Origin: Eledone cirrhosa
Taxonomy: Eukaryota
DNA length: 64,000 nt
Assembly (NCBI GenBank): GCA_964016885.1
Contig: OZ024744.1
Span: 49,414,001 to 49,478,000, forward strand
Reading direction: 5' to 3'
Each line of letters opens with the position of its first letter. The stretch's first letter is position 1. The notes beneath the pieces were generated by a model, which was given only the letters and a program-made list of their open reading frames with translations, was not told the origin of the DNA and ran no database searches. This document shows, piece by piece, positions 45,141 to 61,110 of the stretch. The position numbers were made by a program, and so were the translations under genes.

Positions 45141-46144
45141 TATATATATATAATTATAATTTCTTGTACAGATATTTTTGCATACACAATAACAAAACAT
45201 AAACAAACGTATTTATCTCACAAAAGCACATTGTGCTGCCGATATGCCACCCAAAAAGTCCCACTACTTTTGGCACAAGGCCAACAATTACATAGTCAAC
45301 GGTTCGGAAATCACATGCCTCACTGACGAGTTTACTCCTTACTCTACCAGTTAGTCTTAGTGTACTTCGTCCTGCTTTTAGGTCATCCCTTGAAGGAAGA
45401 GATACTCCATTGGCCGAAATACTGCGAAAGCAGCAAGAAAAAGAACAAGGCGGGCAAACGAATTGTCAGTGGAATCTGCTATTCGACGGTCGCAAGATGC
45501 TGAAAGTACTGCCACCAGAAGAGCACTTAAAACAGACAACCAACAAACTATTCGCCGAACCATGTCAGCTTTGCAATGTCTATCAACAAATCCCAGGGTC
45601 AGACCCTAGCTGTTGCTGGTCTTCTTTTGGAAGAGTCATGTTTTTCATACGGGTAACTATACATTGGCTGCTCAAGAGTGGGGAGCAACACAAATCTCTT
45701 TGCATATGCCCGACACGGAAGAACAAGGAACATTGTGTACAAGGAGGTGCTACAATCATTGTTTAGGTAGGCGAGGCAGAAGGGGATATACATGATTGAC
45801 TGAAGAAGGACGATACTGTGTTAGTAGTACAACCAATAGCTGCTATCACACCAACAGCAGCAAAGACAACAACAAAAAAGAGGGGGAATGCAATTACATG
45901 CTTTTGAAAAATCTTAATGGAAAATTATTTGCCTAAGCACTAAATGTAGACACCATCCCCAGGCCGAGGTATTCCGTACTTCTCTGTACTGTTTCAGAAA
46001 GGAGGGATAAACATGCCAATCTATGTTTTTGTTTATATAAATATATATATATACATATATATAAATATACATATATATACATATATATAGATGTATATAT
46101 ATGTATATATATATTTATATAGACACTCATATATATATATATAA

Positions 46145-46643
46145 TCTGGGTGATGTGTTGTTTCCTTGAGCAAGACATTTTATTTCACATTGCTCCAGTT
46201 TACTCAGTTGTAGAAATGAGATGATAAGGACTGGGGTCCCTGTCGTGGAGGTGCCACGGCAAAAAAGCACCCAGCACTGATGATGATGATATATATATAT
46301 ATATCATCATCATCGTCATTTTACGTCCGCTTTTCCCTGCTTGCAAGGGTGGGACAGGAACTGATTCTGGCTTGATTTCTACAGCTGGATGCCGTTTCTA
46401 ACACCAACCTCATTTACAGTGAGAGCTGGTTGCTTTTTTTGCCGTGGCACCTCCACTACCACTTTGTAGTGGAATGATAGGGACTCCAGTCCCTATCATC
46501 TTATTTCTACAGCTGAGTAAACTGGAGCAATGTGAAATAAAATGTCTTGCTCAAGGAAACAACACATCACCCAATCTGAGAATTGAACTCACAACCTTTC
46601 GATTGCAAGGCCAATGCTCTAACTACTAAGCCATGTGCCTCCA
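46145..46643. mobile_element. two SINE family 1 copies tail to tail (46145-46290 plus, partial; 46304-46643 minus, full)
   Basis: homology to 43070-43420. Confidence 0.85.
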
Positions 46644-46696
46644 CATATATACATATATATATATGTATATATATATACATATATATACATATATAC

Positions 46697-46731
<35 letters not shown>

Positions 46732-46810
46732 CATATATACATATACATATATATATATACATATATACATATACATATATATATATATATATATTTATAT
46801 ACATATATAC

Positions 46811-46893
<83 letters not shown>

Positions 46894-46955
46894 ATGTATA
46901 TATACATATATTTATATATATATACATATATATATTTATATATATATATATATAT

Positions 46956-47350
46956 CATTTTGTTTCATTCTATTCCATTTATCGTTTTCGGTGCGCCCAG
47001 CCGACTGAACTCACTCGATATGCAAATTAAACTGCTCAGCCATTAATATGCATAAGGAAAGTATATACATTCAGACGTTCAACCATCTGGCAGGAAGGTA
47101 TACAATGCTGACGATAGCTAATAAGCTTGAAACTAATACATCGTTCCTGTGTCAGTGTTGAACAAAAAGGTGACGTGGTTGCCTAAACACTGTACAGCGT
47201 AATTCGGGCTGTTTGTTTGTTTACGCCGTAATAAATATTCGGTAAACCGATACGTACATATATATATATGAGTGTATGTATATATATACGTACTACTGCA
47301 CGTTTGTATACATATATGTATGTACGTATACATACATACATACTTATATA
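46956..47350 (+). mobile_element. diverged family 4 hammerhead unit
   Basis: homologous to 50150-50540; motif at 47104-47144 reads CTGACGA tagctaataagctt GAAA ctaa TA with stem III mutated. Confidence 0.7.
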
Positions 47351-47624
47351 TATATTTGTTTCTACTTTTGATACAGGCCAGCAAATAACCAGTACATAAT
47401 TGGTACTTTATTTTATCGACCCCATAAGAATGAAAAGCTAAGTTAACCTTGGCGGGATTTGTACTCAGATCATAAAGGGACATAACTCTCTGCTTCAAAG
47501 CATGGCGTCCGAATCTCTACCAATACTGCTGTGATTCAGTGAATTACTGATGGTGGTTCCAAAGTAAGCACTAGATACAGATTAAGGAAAATGATGAAGT
47601 TTCTTTTACATGGAGTTAGTTTTT

Positions 47625-49563
<1,939 letters not shown>

Positions 49564-49565
49564 TA

Positions 49566-49682
<117 letters not shown>

Positions 49683-49700
49683 TATATGTATATATATAGA

Positions 49701-49742
<42 letters not shown>

Positions 49743-49750
49743 TATATGTA

Positions 49751-49833
<83 letters not shown>

Positions 49834-49870
49834 GTATATATATACATTCAACAATCTGGCAGGAAGGTAT

Positions 49871-49913
49871 ACGTTGCTGATGATAGCTAATAAGCTTGAA
49901 ACCAGTACAGCGT
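49871..49913 (+). ncRNA. minimal hammerhead ribozyme
   Basis: acgttg CTGATGA t agct aata agct t GAAA ccag TA cagcgt. Confidence 0.8.
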
Positions 49914-50292
49914 TCCTTTGTCAGTGTTGAACAAACGAGCAATGATGGTTGCTAGACACTACGGCTTAATACGGGATGTTTGTTTACAAACACACCGAGC
50001 ATTATAATAAATGTTCGGTGAATCCATACGTACATATATATATGTGTGCATGTATGCATATATATATATACATACTACTGTACGTCTGTATGCATGTATG
50101 TATGTACGTGTACATACTTATATTTAAGTAACAGCCGTATTAAGAGTGGGAAATGAAATTTCGTTTCATTTTTTCCGTTTATCGTTTTCAGTGCACCCGG
50201 CCAATTAACCCACTCGATATGCAAATCGGGCTACTCGGCCGTTAATATGCATAAGGTAAGTATATACGTTCAACAATCTGGCAGGAAGGTAT

Positions 50293-50335
50293 ACGCTGCT
50301 GATGATAGCTAATAAGCTTGAAACTAGTACAGCGT
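50293..50335 (+). ncRNA. minimal type-I hammerhead ribozyme
   Basis: acgctg CTGATGA t agct aata agct t GAAA ctag TA cagcgt; perfect 6-bp stem I, palindromic stem III, GUA site. Confidence 0.88.
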
Positions 50336-50571
50336 TCCTTTGTCAGTGTTGAACAAACGAGCAACGATGGTTGTTAGACACTACGGCTTAATACGGGATG
50401 TTTGTTTACAAACACATCGAGCATTATAATAAATGTTCAGTGAATCCATACGTACATATATATATGTGTGCATGTATGTATATATACATACTACTGTACG
50501 TCTGTATACATATATGTATGTACATGTACATACTTATATATATATATATATAAATATATATATAAATATAT

Positions 50572-53462
50572 ATCATCATCATCATCATCATCTTTTTACG
50601 TCCGCTTTTCCCTGCTTGCAAATGTAGGACGGGTCTTATTCAGCACAGCATCTCTCCACTCATCACGGTCCATCGTCATCTCCACCGTGAGCTTCAATGA
50701 TCTGAGGTCTGTTCTCACCACCTCCGCCCATGTTTTTCGTGGTCTACCTCTACCACGTCTTCCTTCAACTGGCATTTCCTGGCACTTCTTCCCCCATCTG
50801 TCATCCTCCATGCGCATCACATGTCCATATCACCTCAGTCTCCTCTCCCATACACAGTTTCTCAGACACAGCTTCTCTCTCAACACATTTATGCTGGGTC
50901 GTTCACGCACATTTACACTGCACATCCAATGGAGCATGCTTGCCTCATTTCTCTCCAGCCGTCGCATATACTCTGCAGTTCCTGCCCATGTCTCACTACC
51001 ATGCAGCATCGCGCTCCTCACACAGGCATCATACAACCAGCCTTTCATATGCAGAGAGAAACCCTTCTTCGTCACAGAGGAAGCAGCTCCCTAAACTTCT
51101 TCCAACCCGTCCTTATTCTAGATACTATGGCTTCGGAACACCCTCCTCCCATGCTAATCTGATCTCCTAGGTACCGGAAGCTATCCACCACTTCTATAGC
51201 GCCCTCCTGCATTTGAATAATGTGTCTATCAATGCGACTTTTACTGTCTAATTTCCTTGTACATCTACTGCATACATATTTCTCCCTACCTGTTAGTTTA
51301 CCTGCTATCCCGCTACATCTCTTGTGTACCCAGGATCTGCATTGTGTGCATTTTATAGAATTTATGCCAGTTCCTTTTCTGCATATTGAACATGGCCATT
51401 TCCCTGACGGAATCAGAGTTTTGTCCTCTTTTCTACTCATCAACACGTTTGTCTTAGCTAGGTTCACTCTCAGTCCTCTTGCTTCCAACTGCTGTTTCCA
51501 TAGCCAGAATTTATTCTCTAGCTCCTCTACTGATTCTGCTATAAGAACCAGATCGTCAGCATAGTGAAGTTCCCATGGACAGACAGTCTTAAACTCCTCT
51601 GTTATGGCTTGGAGGACTGTAATGAACAAGAGCAGGCCGAGGACCGAACCTTGATGTACTCCTACTTGTATCTGGAATTCCTCACTAAACTCCATTCCTA
51701 CCCTGACTTTACTGAGAGTACCTCTGTACAAAGTTTGCACTGTCCTCACAAGCCATTCCTCAACACCTAGCTTCCTTAGGGACCACCAGATGACAGATCG
51801 GGGTACCCTATCAAAGGCCTTTCCTAGGTCAACAAAGGCTAAGTATAGTGGATTATTTTTCTCTAAGAACCTCTCTTGCAATTGTCTCACCAAGAAGAGG
51901 GCATCTGTTGTACTTTTCCCAGGTACAAAACCAAACTGCATCTCATCTAGTTTGACCCTTTCTCTAATTAGTTGTGCTAATATCCTTTCTGCCACTTTCA
52001 TAACCTGATCCATCATTTTAAACCCCTATAATTGCTCCTCTCCAGAGCATCCCCTTTACCTTTGTAGCAATTTATGAGAATACTGCTGCACCAATCTTTG
52101 GGTATGACACCACTATATATAGCCTGATTGATGATGCGTGCAACCAGTTTAATGCCTACGTCCCCTGATGCCTTCAGCATCTCAGCAACTATCCCCGATG
52201 GTCCAGCAGCCTTACCATTTTTCATTTCCCTAATCACCTCTTGGACCCTATATTCGTCAATCTCAATAGCTGATCCCTCTGTCGGATATACTAAGGGTAA
52301 TTTCTCTCTCTCTCATTCGTTCTCCACATTCATCAGTCTCTCATAATGACATTTCCAGGCCTCCTTTTTCTGATCATTTGTGACACTAAGTACACCGGCA
52401 TCATCCCGGATAAATTTATCTCCAACAACATCCTGATTTGCATTGACACACTGCCTTGCAATGTGGAACACCGTTGCAGAACATTGGCAAACCTCCTACT
52501 CTCCGCATGCCTGCGTGCTAAGTACACCTGACGTCTAGCTTCTCTCTTAGTGGCTCTATATTCTTCCCTACACCCACCCTTTTTCCAAGACTTCCATGCT
52601 AGTCTTTTGTCTCTGATGGCCTTATCTACTGTGCTGTTCCACTACCAGGTCACTCTCTGTCTGGTTGGAGCTCTGCTCCAGCCACAAGTTTCATCAGTAG
52701 CCTGCAGCAAGTTGTCACGTAAGAAATTCCAGTTATTATCTATGTCATACGTCTCTAAATCGTCTTCTTTTTCGTCATATACATCTTGAAGGGCTTTCCT
52801 AAATTTGTATTTTAGTGAAAAGTCTCTTAGCTTTCAGACCTTTCTTCTCCACACCTTCCTGTATGTCTCATTCCATCTCTTGCTTACTGAGATATCACTA
52901 ACGACTAACCTATGCTGTGGGGTACATTCTTCTCCAGAGTATGCCTTGGTATTAGACACTATCTGCCCGTCCCGCTGCCTAACTAGTAAGAAGTCAATCT
53001 GGCTTATGTGCTCACCAGGTTTGTAGGTTATTAGGTGATTGGCAGGTTTCTGGAAGTTTGTGTTGCAAATAGTCAATGTACCTGCATCACAAAATTCAAG
53101 AAGTCTCATTCCTTCCTCATTTCTTGAGCTGTAACCGTGCCCACCATGTACCGCAGTGTAACCATCCTGGAGCTGTCCAACATGACCATTGAAGTCTCCT
53201 GCTAGCATAATGATGTCTCCGTCCTCTGTCATTGCTGTTGTTTCTAAAAGTTGCTCGTAAAAGCAGTCTTTCTCATCTTTGCCTAGGCCTGCTTGGGGAG
53301 CATAGGCCGAGATGATTGTCAGTAGTCTCCTGCCTACAACTAATCTAAGCTTAATTATTCGATTACTAACTCAAACTACCTCTATTGTCTTATTGATCCA
53401 TTTCTCAGCCAGGAAAATGCCTACTCCCCCTAACCCATCATCCTTACCTACCCAGAATAGCT

Positions 53463-53463
<1 letters not shown>
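50572..53463 (-). mobile_element. RTE family B LINE, near full length (APE + RT), frameshifted
   Basis: AGDFNGHVG, QIDFLL, QHRLVV (APE); FVDLGKAFDRV, GVHQG, YADD (RT); (TGA)n tail. Confidence 0.93.
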
Positions 53464-53499
<36 letters not shown>

Positions 53500-53503
<4 letters not shown>

Positions 53504-54152
53504 GGAAAAAATGAAACGAAATTTCATTTCCCACTCTTAGTACGGCTGTTACTTAAATATAAGTATGTACACGTACATATATATATGTATACAGACGGAC
53601 AGTAGTATGTAAATATATATACATACACACATATATACATATGTACGTATGGATTCACCGAACATTTATTATAATGCTCGGTGTGTTTGTAAACAAACAT
53701 CCCGTATTAAGCCGTAGTGTCTAGCAACCATCGTTGCTCGTTTGTTCAACACTGACAAAGGAACGCTGTACTAGTTTCAAGCTTATTAGCTATCGTCAGC
53801 AACATATACCTTCCTGCCAGATTGTTGAACGTATATACTTACCTTATGCATATTAACGGCTGAGTAGCCCAATTTGCATATCGAGTGGGTTAATCGGCCG
53901 GGTGCACCGAAAACGATAAACGGAATAAATGAAACGAAATTTCATTTCCCACTCTTAGTACGGCTGTTACTTAAATATAAGTATGTACACGTACATAGAT
54001 ATATGTATACAGACGTACAGTAGTATGTATATATATATACATACATGCACACATATATATATGTACGTATGGATTCACCGCGTTCCTTTGTCAGTGTTGA
54101 ACAAACGAGCAACGATGATTGCTAGACACTATGGTTTAATACGGGATGTTTG
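53500..54152 (-). mobile_element. family 4 hammerhead tandem unit, minus strand, with an inverted terminal piece (54081-54152)
   Basis: reverse complement of the 49845-50540 unit. Confidence 0.8.
53763..53805 (-). ncRNA. minimal hammerhead ribozyme
   Basis: minus strand reads atgttg CTGACGA tagctaataagctt GAAA ctag TA cagcgt. Confidence 0.8.
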
Positions 54153-54618
54153 GTTAAGAGGTGTCTACTGACTGTAGGTTTCGCTTTGTACATAGGCAAG
54201 GCGGGTCTTCTGTATTACTGCATAGCGCCAAAGATCTTGGTCCAGAGAGGTGCAAGTGTGTAATGTCGGAATTTATCAGATCGTCCCAGGTTTTTCTGGG
54301 TCTACCTACTCCGTAACTTCCATCAATTTTGATCACCCTGCACTTTTTTATACAGCTGTCATCTTTCATGCGCATCACGTGGCCATACCAACGTAGTCTT
54401 CTCTCAAGTAAACAGCATCTGATCCCTCTTATTCCTAATTTCTCACTTAGTTCAATTATGCTTTGCCGTTCATGTATATTACACATCCAACGGAGCATGC
54501 ATGCTTCGTTCCTTTCCAGTCTGCATAGGTCCTCGGCACGCAATGCCCATGTCTCACTGCCATGCAGCATTGGTGTTTGTATACAGGCATCATACAATCT
54601 GCCTTTCATTTTTAGAGA
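54153..54618 (-). mobile_element. RTE family A fragment
   Basis: [30 protein letters not shown]. Confidence 0.88.
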
Positions 54619-54719
54619 GATCATCAGCGTTTTACGTCCGTTCTTCCACACTAGCATGGGTTAGATGGGTTGTCCTCTTGTGGCCAGTGCCCGGTCGGCT
54701 GACCTAGTCATGCTCATAC

Positions 54720-54990
54720 GGGAACTGATTTTGGCTGGATGCCCTTCCTAACACCAACCTCATTTACAGTGAGTGCTGGGTGCTTTTTTGCCGTGGCACC
54801 TCCATGACCACTTTGCAGTGGAATGACGGGGACCCCAGTCCTATCATCTCAATTCTACAGCTGAGTAAACTGGAGCAATGTGAAATAAAGTGTCTTGCTC
54901 AAGGAAACAACACATGACCCTGTCTGAGAATTGAACTCACAACCTTTCGATTGCTAGCCCAATGCTCTAACCACTAAGCAATGCGCCTTC
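54720..54990 (-). mobile_element. SINE family 1
   Basis: homology to 43070-43420. Confidence 0.85.
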
Positions 54991-55009
54991 ATGTATATAC
55001 ACACATATA

Positions 55010-55785
<776 letters not shown>

Positions 55786-56165
55786 TCTTCGTTTTTTCGT
55801 TCATTGCCAGAGAACGTCTCTATGCACCACCTAAGAGAACATTAATCTACGACCTCTTTTATACCATAAACGTGGTTCTGTCTTTGCGCGTAATTGTTTT
55901 TCACCGCTCCTATTAATGACGTATTATTCGTTTTTTCCCGTTCTTTGCCAGCGAACGTTTCTACGAACCAAAGTATCGTCTTCCTGTCTTCCTCCGGTTG
56001 CAACGTTTTTTGAAATATCCAGTTCTGCGTTTACAGATTGACTTTGTTAGTTTCAGAAGATCCCGTTAAGGGTGAAAGCAGCAATTCTTTGCTTAAACTT
56101 TAATCTGTTATTTTAATAAATATGTGTATATATATATATATATGTATATGTGTATATATATATAT

Positions 56166-56206
<41 letters not shown>

Positions 56207-58427
56207 ATTGGTGTGGGAAGCTTAAAGCATCTGTAAGTGGTATGCCGTTTGAGCACTTGATGCTCCTACAGAGCAGAGTATGATATCACATAAGAAACGG
56301 AGAATCAGTGTTTCGACGAATAAAATTTATTATACATATTACAATCATTTCTCTGGCGACCAGCTCGAGGCACGATCGATGTAACGATCGAAACTGACTC
56401 TGAAGTCGCAAGGTCCTCAGATACGTCTCGATACTACAAAGCAGAGTTTCCAAATGTCCAGTTACACCCGCGGCCTTCACTCGGCAGCTTAGATCCTGTT
56501 GTTGTCATTCGATGAGTGCTCAAGAATTGTACATATCATCGTTATTTTTGGCCACTCATGGCTGTCATATATTTGGTTCCTTTCATTTGCCACCTGTCAA
56601 TCAATTACTGCTGTAGGAGGTAAGGGGTTGTATGATTGAACCGCTTGCACCCTGTCGCAGCCTTCTCAACCTGTAAACGCCCACACCCATGTCCATGTTT
56701 CATGCAGGCGAGATACATATGGGCACTTATACACCCACAGAGATCATGTACGCACCCGCAACTGTATTATATGCGACAATCACAGTAAATACTGAATGTG
56801 CAGCGAATACTTAGAAAGAATTTTTTTAAATGGCAAAATATTTAAAAGAACGTTTCAGAAAAACACACCCTCAAAATACCTTAAAGAACACACATTTAAA
56901 AATAAAACCTATAAAAAGAACGTTTTTAAAAAAGAATGCTTGAAATAGCCTTTCAAAAAAGTTATTTCAAAGGTATTTTTGATAAATGTACATGTATACA
57001 CATGCATATGTGCGTGCACACACATACATATATGTACCCGCACATGGGCATGCTTATACATCTCAAAAAAAGCACATACTTGATGAATACCTACACATCC
57101 ACACACACATGCAACTGTGCACTTGGCGCATAAAATATTATATGAGACAACATTCTTGAGGCTTGGACCCAACCCATTCATGTAGCGATATAAGCCTGAA
57201 AGTGCATACACAATATGCAATAGCTATGTAGTAGCCATGCCCTAATCACAGATAACATGGGGGGGCACATATATAAATGCGTGTACGTACATAAAATAAG
57301 CTAAAATACAATAAGATAAAATAAAATACTGGAAAAAGGAATGTAAATATGACAAAGATGCAGAGGGGGTATCTGTTCACGCCACCTGGACATTATTGGG
57401 ATGTGCTAAAAGTTGCATAAAATACTTGAGGACTGTGATGCATAGGGTTATATAGGATACAGAAGGACTGACGATCCAAGGTACTGGGTAAGAACCTGCA
57501 CATCAACCATGCACATGAGACAAGTTTCATGACTGGGGACACAGGGGACCGTGTGTGCATACACAAACAAGTTATATATATTGTGAATGTGTAGAATATC
57601 CTTTTCATAATAGTATATATGAAATGTACATGGAATGGATGCATACATGGAATATATCGGGAATGTATAGAATATGTGTTTCATAACAGTGTATATGAAA
57701 TGTACATGGAATGGATGCATAAGCGGAATATACCAGCGGCTTGTGTTGTAGGTATGTATATAGCAACGGCAGGCACAGTTAGAATTAAGTGCAACATTAA
57801 CCTTAAGACCAGCATCAAGTCCAACATTAAAGTTACAAATTAAACATCACAAATCGAAAATTAAAAATTAAAAATTAAAAATCAAAATTCAAATTCAAAT
57901 TCAAAACCACACATAAGGTTGTAAGCAAAATCAGACTTATATTGAATTGGTGTCCCCAAATTGGTGGGATGGTGTTATCCAAGGTACGTTATGAGGTATG
58001 CATCGTTGGATCTGTCGTTGATATCAGCATGTTCCGCCTTGCATTCATAGGTATGCTGTGGCATATTGTGGTCCACTGCATGGGACCCACCTGGCATTGT
58101 CATATTGGTAGTGCCTTAGATAGACTCATCCAGTATCACTAAATTGGAGAGCGTGCATTTATGTTGGTGTCTGCAGGCCATGATGATTTCAGATTTGAGG
58201 GTTGACTGCGTCACCCTTTAGTTTTACTATCTCCAATAGCCTTGGACAGGCACAACTTGCACCTCATCTCACCAGCCGAGTATGTATTCGCGCGCTGGAC
58301 AATTCTCCAGCTGAGGTCAAACTCTGTGCCACTGTCTTTGAACGAGTTTTACATCCGTTCTTCCATGCTAGCATGGGTTAGATGGGTTGTCCTGTTGCCG
58401 GTCGGTATTTATTGCTATAAATTTATA

Positions 58428-59356
58428 GCAATAAATACCAGAGTGTAATGTTCATCAATAGAACCCCTAGAGGTGAACTAGCTTACAAATTTAGAAGGGC
58501 CCTAGATAAAGTTAAACTAAATATTAAGATAGTGGAAAGACCAGGTACCTCCATAAAAACACTTATTAGCAATACATACCCTTTTCAAAGACCTCCCTGT
58601 ATAGATAAGAAATGCATAATCTGAAAATTAAGCCCCCATATTAACTGCAAAACTAGAAACATAGTATATAGCATAAGATGTACTGAGGGACAATGTAAAG
58701 ATAAGAATATAATGTACATAGGTGAGACAGCTCGTAGTATAGGAGAACGATTAAATGAACACTGACGAGAGCTTCAAGATAGAAAAGACCCATCAGTACT
58801 CCACCAACATGCTAAAATAGAACACAAGGGAAAATTAGAGAACATAGAAATAAAAATAAAATCTACACACAGAAAAGACGCAATGTTTAGACAAATCACA
58901 GAGGCAATAAACATAAATGAACTCCAACCAAAATTAAATAGAAAATATGAATGGGATAGCAACAGCACAACTTACAATTAAGGACAAAATGAAAACACAC
59001 ACACATAGAACAAACAACCAACTAGTAACATGTAAATAAACAAATAAAAACACACACAGACACCCGGATGTAACACATGCGCAAACTAAGCACACAACAG
59101 ACACAAAAACAAGATGGCGTAGGACAGAACAAAGGAGAGGCACAAAACAAAGAAAAGAATCCCAGTCACTGAAGAGGTCACAGAATGTGTGACGAAAGAA
59201 CTTTGACAATATATGAACAACCGTCCGGTTGTGGAACCAACCAACCAACCGGAAATTTACAAATTTCTTAAATTTATAAATTTAATTTTTAATAAATTGG
59301 AGTGAAAGCAACTGGTGCGTGTGTTTCTTATTGGCAACATGACCCTCCCAAAGTAT

Positions 59357-59362
<6 letters not shown>
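58428..59362 (+). mobile_element. PLE family A fragment (GIY-YIG with stops + pLTR)
   Basis: homologous to 2893-3855. Confidence 0.9.
59164..59207 (+). ncRNA. minimal hammerhead ribozyme (PLE-A)
   Basis: gtca CTGAAGA g gtcaca gaatg tgtgac GAAA gaac TT tgac. Confidence 0.8.
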
Positions 59363-59411
<49 letters not shown>

Positions 59412-59432
59412 CATACATCTATATACATTTAT

Positions 59433-60155
59433 ACAGTGTGGCGCAGATAAATCTGGAATTTTAATGAGGCAACAGCGCCGTGACATCACAGCATAGCGCA
59501 ATTTCGAGAGCTGCATTAGAGAGTACTACACCTCAATAGCTGCCTGGCCATTGACACATGAGGTGTTTAGTAGTTGACATGTCTTCAGAATATGATCGTC
59601 GAGCTGCTGTTGTGGAGAACCCTTGTACAAAGCCAAGGAAATCATTGAATGGTTTAAATACCCTAAAACCATGGTCTACAATCTTGCAAAGACATATGGG
59701 GTCTCAGACGACAAGGACAATTTCAGGTCAGAATACACAACTCATAAGAAGTGCTCTGATGTCACCAGGACACCTGAGTTTATCCCCGATAGCCTCCGCC
59801 TTGGTACTAACGGCTATGTGAGGCTCCTCTACAAGCACATCAAGCCTTGGGTGGATAGGGCAGCTATTGGGAGCCCATGCATCTTTCAACAGGACTCTGC
59901 TCCCATCCACAAGGCCAGGACCACCAAGGCCTGGCTCTTCACCAACATGCCATACCACTGATCGCCCGGCTTATGGCTCCCTCATCGCCAGACTGTAATT
60001 CCCTCAATTATTTTGTGTGGGGCATCTTGGAGAAAGAGGTGAACAACACCAAGGAGGCTCTCAAGGCAGCCATCAAGGATGCCATGGCCAACATTGACAA
60101 GGCCTGCTCCAGCCTCCGGTCTGGAGAAAGTAGTGGCTGCTGATGATGACCACAT
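59433..60155 (+). mobile_element. Tc1/mariner-superfamily transposase remnant
   Basis: FQQDSAPIHKARTT..WL and SSPDCNSLNYFVWGILE motifs; begins ta|cagtg. Confidence 0.8.
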
Positions 60156-60589
60156 TTAGTGATTGTTGTACCTTATATATGAGTCTAACTGCGAATAAAG
60201 TTTCATTGTGGCTGACTTTTCAACTTTAATGCAACATTTCATGTTGGTTCTTTGTTCTAGCTTGATGTTCATGATGTAATTATGGATCTGCACATGGATG
60301 TGATCAGAAAACCAGCAATTTAATAACTCACGTTGTAAACACGATGTCAACACAACACTAACTTATGACAGTTACAGCTAACTATCACAGCATGTCCAAC
60401 TCTGTGCTGCCATCTGTTGATGCTACAGAGCTAGCCAGGAAACTTTTTGATACCCCCTTCTTATATACACAAACACGTATACACACACACATACAAATAC
60501 ACACACACACACGTATATATATATACATAAACACATATATACATATACACATGTATAAAAAGGTTGATGGAAGCTATAGAGTATGAAGA

Positions 60590-61110
60590 GCTAGGAATAC
60601 TTGGAATGAGGTGATAAAAGCTGACCTTACACAATTGCACCTCTCAAAGGCAATGACACAGAATCAAGATCTCTGGTGTTTTGCAGTAATATAGAAGACC
60701 CGCATTCCCATGTGCACAGGTTGAAGCATACATCTTGTATGCACTACCTTCCCTCTTCCCCTTCCATACACACCCCTAACAAACCTCTCCCATCCACATT
60801 CCTCTGCCTCATGCACCTCCCATGTCGTAATTTATCACCCAGGCCTGAACACTTTGCCCCTCACACACACCCCTAAATCTACCTCAAAGAGCCCAGCCCG
60901 CACTGTAAAGTGGTCATGTAGGTTTCATGACAAAAGTGCCCAGCCCACATTGAAAAATGGTTATGTAGGTGGCACAACAAAAAGCTCCAAGCCCACACTG
61001 TAAAGTGGTCGTCTAGGTGTTATGACAAAAAGCCCCCAGCACACATTATAAATGTGGTTGATGTTAGGAAGGGTATCCAGCCGTAGAAACTAAACCAAAA
61101 CCAGTCTTGT
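60590..61110 (+). mobile_element. diverged RTE-A-like 3' end
   Basis: TWNEVIKADL.QLHLSK-like block and gttaggaagggtatccagccgtagaaa tail. Confidence 0.6.

Larger units (their letters stand above)
49845..50540 (+). mobile_element. family 4 non-coding 422-bp tandem unit (about 1.6 copies), retrozyme/pLTR-like
   Basis: direct repeat with 422-bp period, one hammerhead per unit. Confidence 0.8.

Noticed and set aside
45240-45800. Possible host exon or transposase (ORF 45410-45766)
   Set aside because: It has no recognisable motif, the frames are broken, and there is no clear splice structure.
56200-58330. Complex sequence that might be host exons
   Set aside because: It has only short ORFs with no family I can recognise, so I left it unannotated.
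58615-58770. In-frame TGA at a conserved Cys (KCII*K), suggesting selenocysteine as in Naiad PLEs
   Set aside because: The sister copy has TGT, and a second TGA replaces a Trp, so ordinary decay explains both. I see no SECIS.
60160-60460. Mariner-like N-terminal fragment (LEQRTNMKCC, minus strand)
   Set aside because: It is too short and degenerate to call with confidence.
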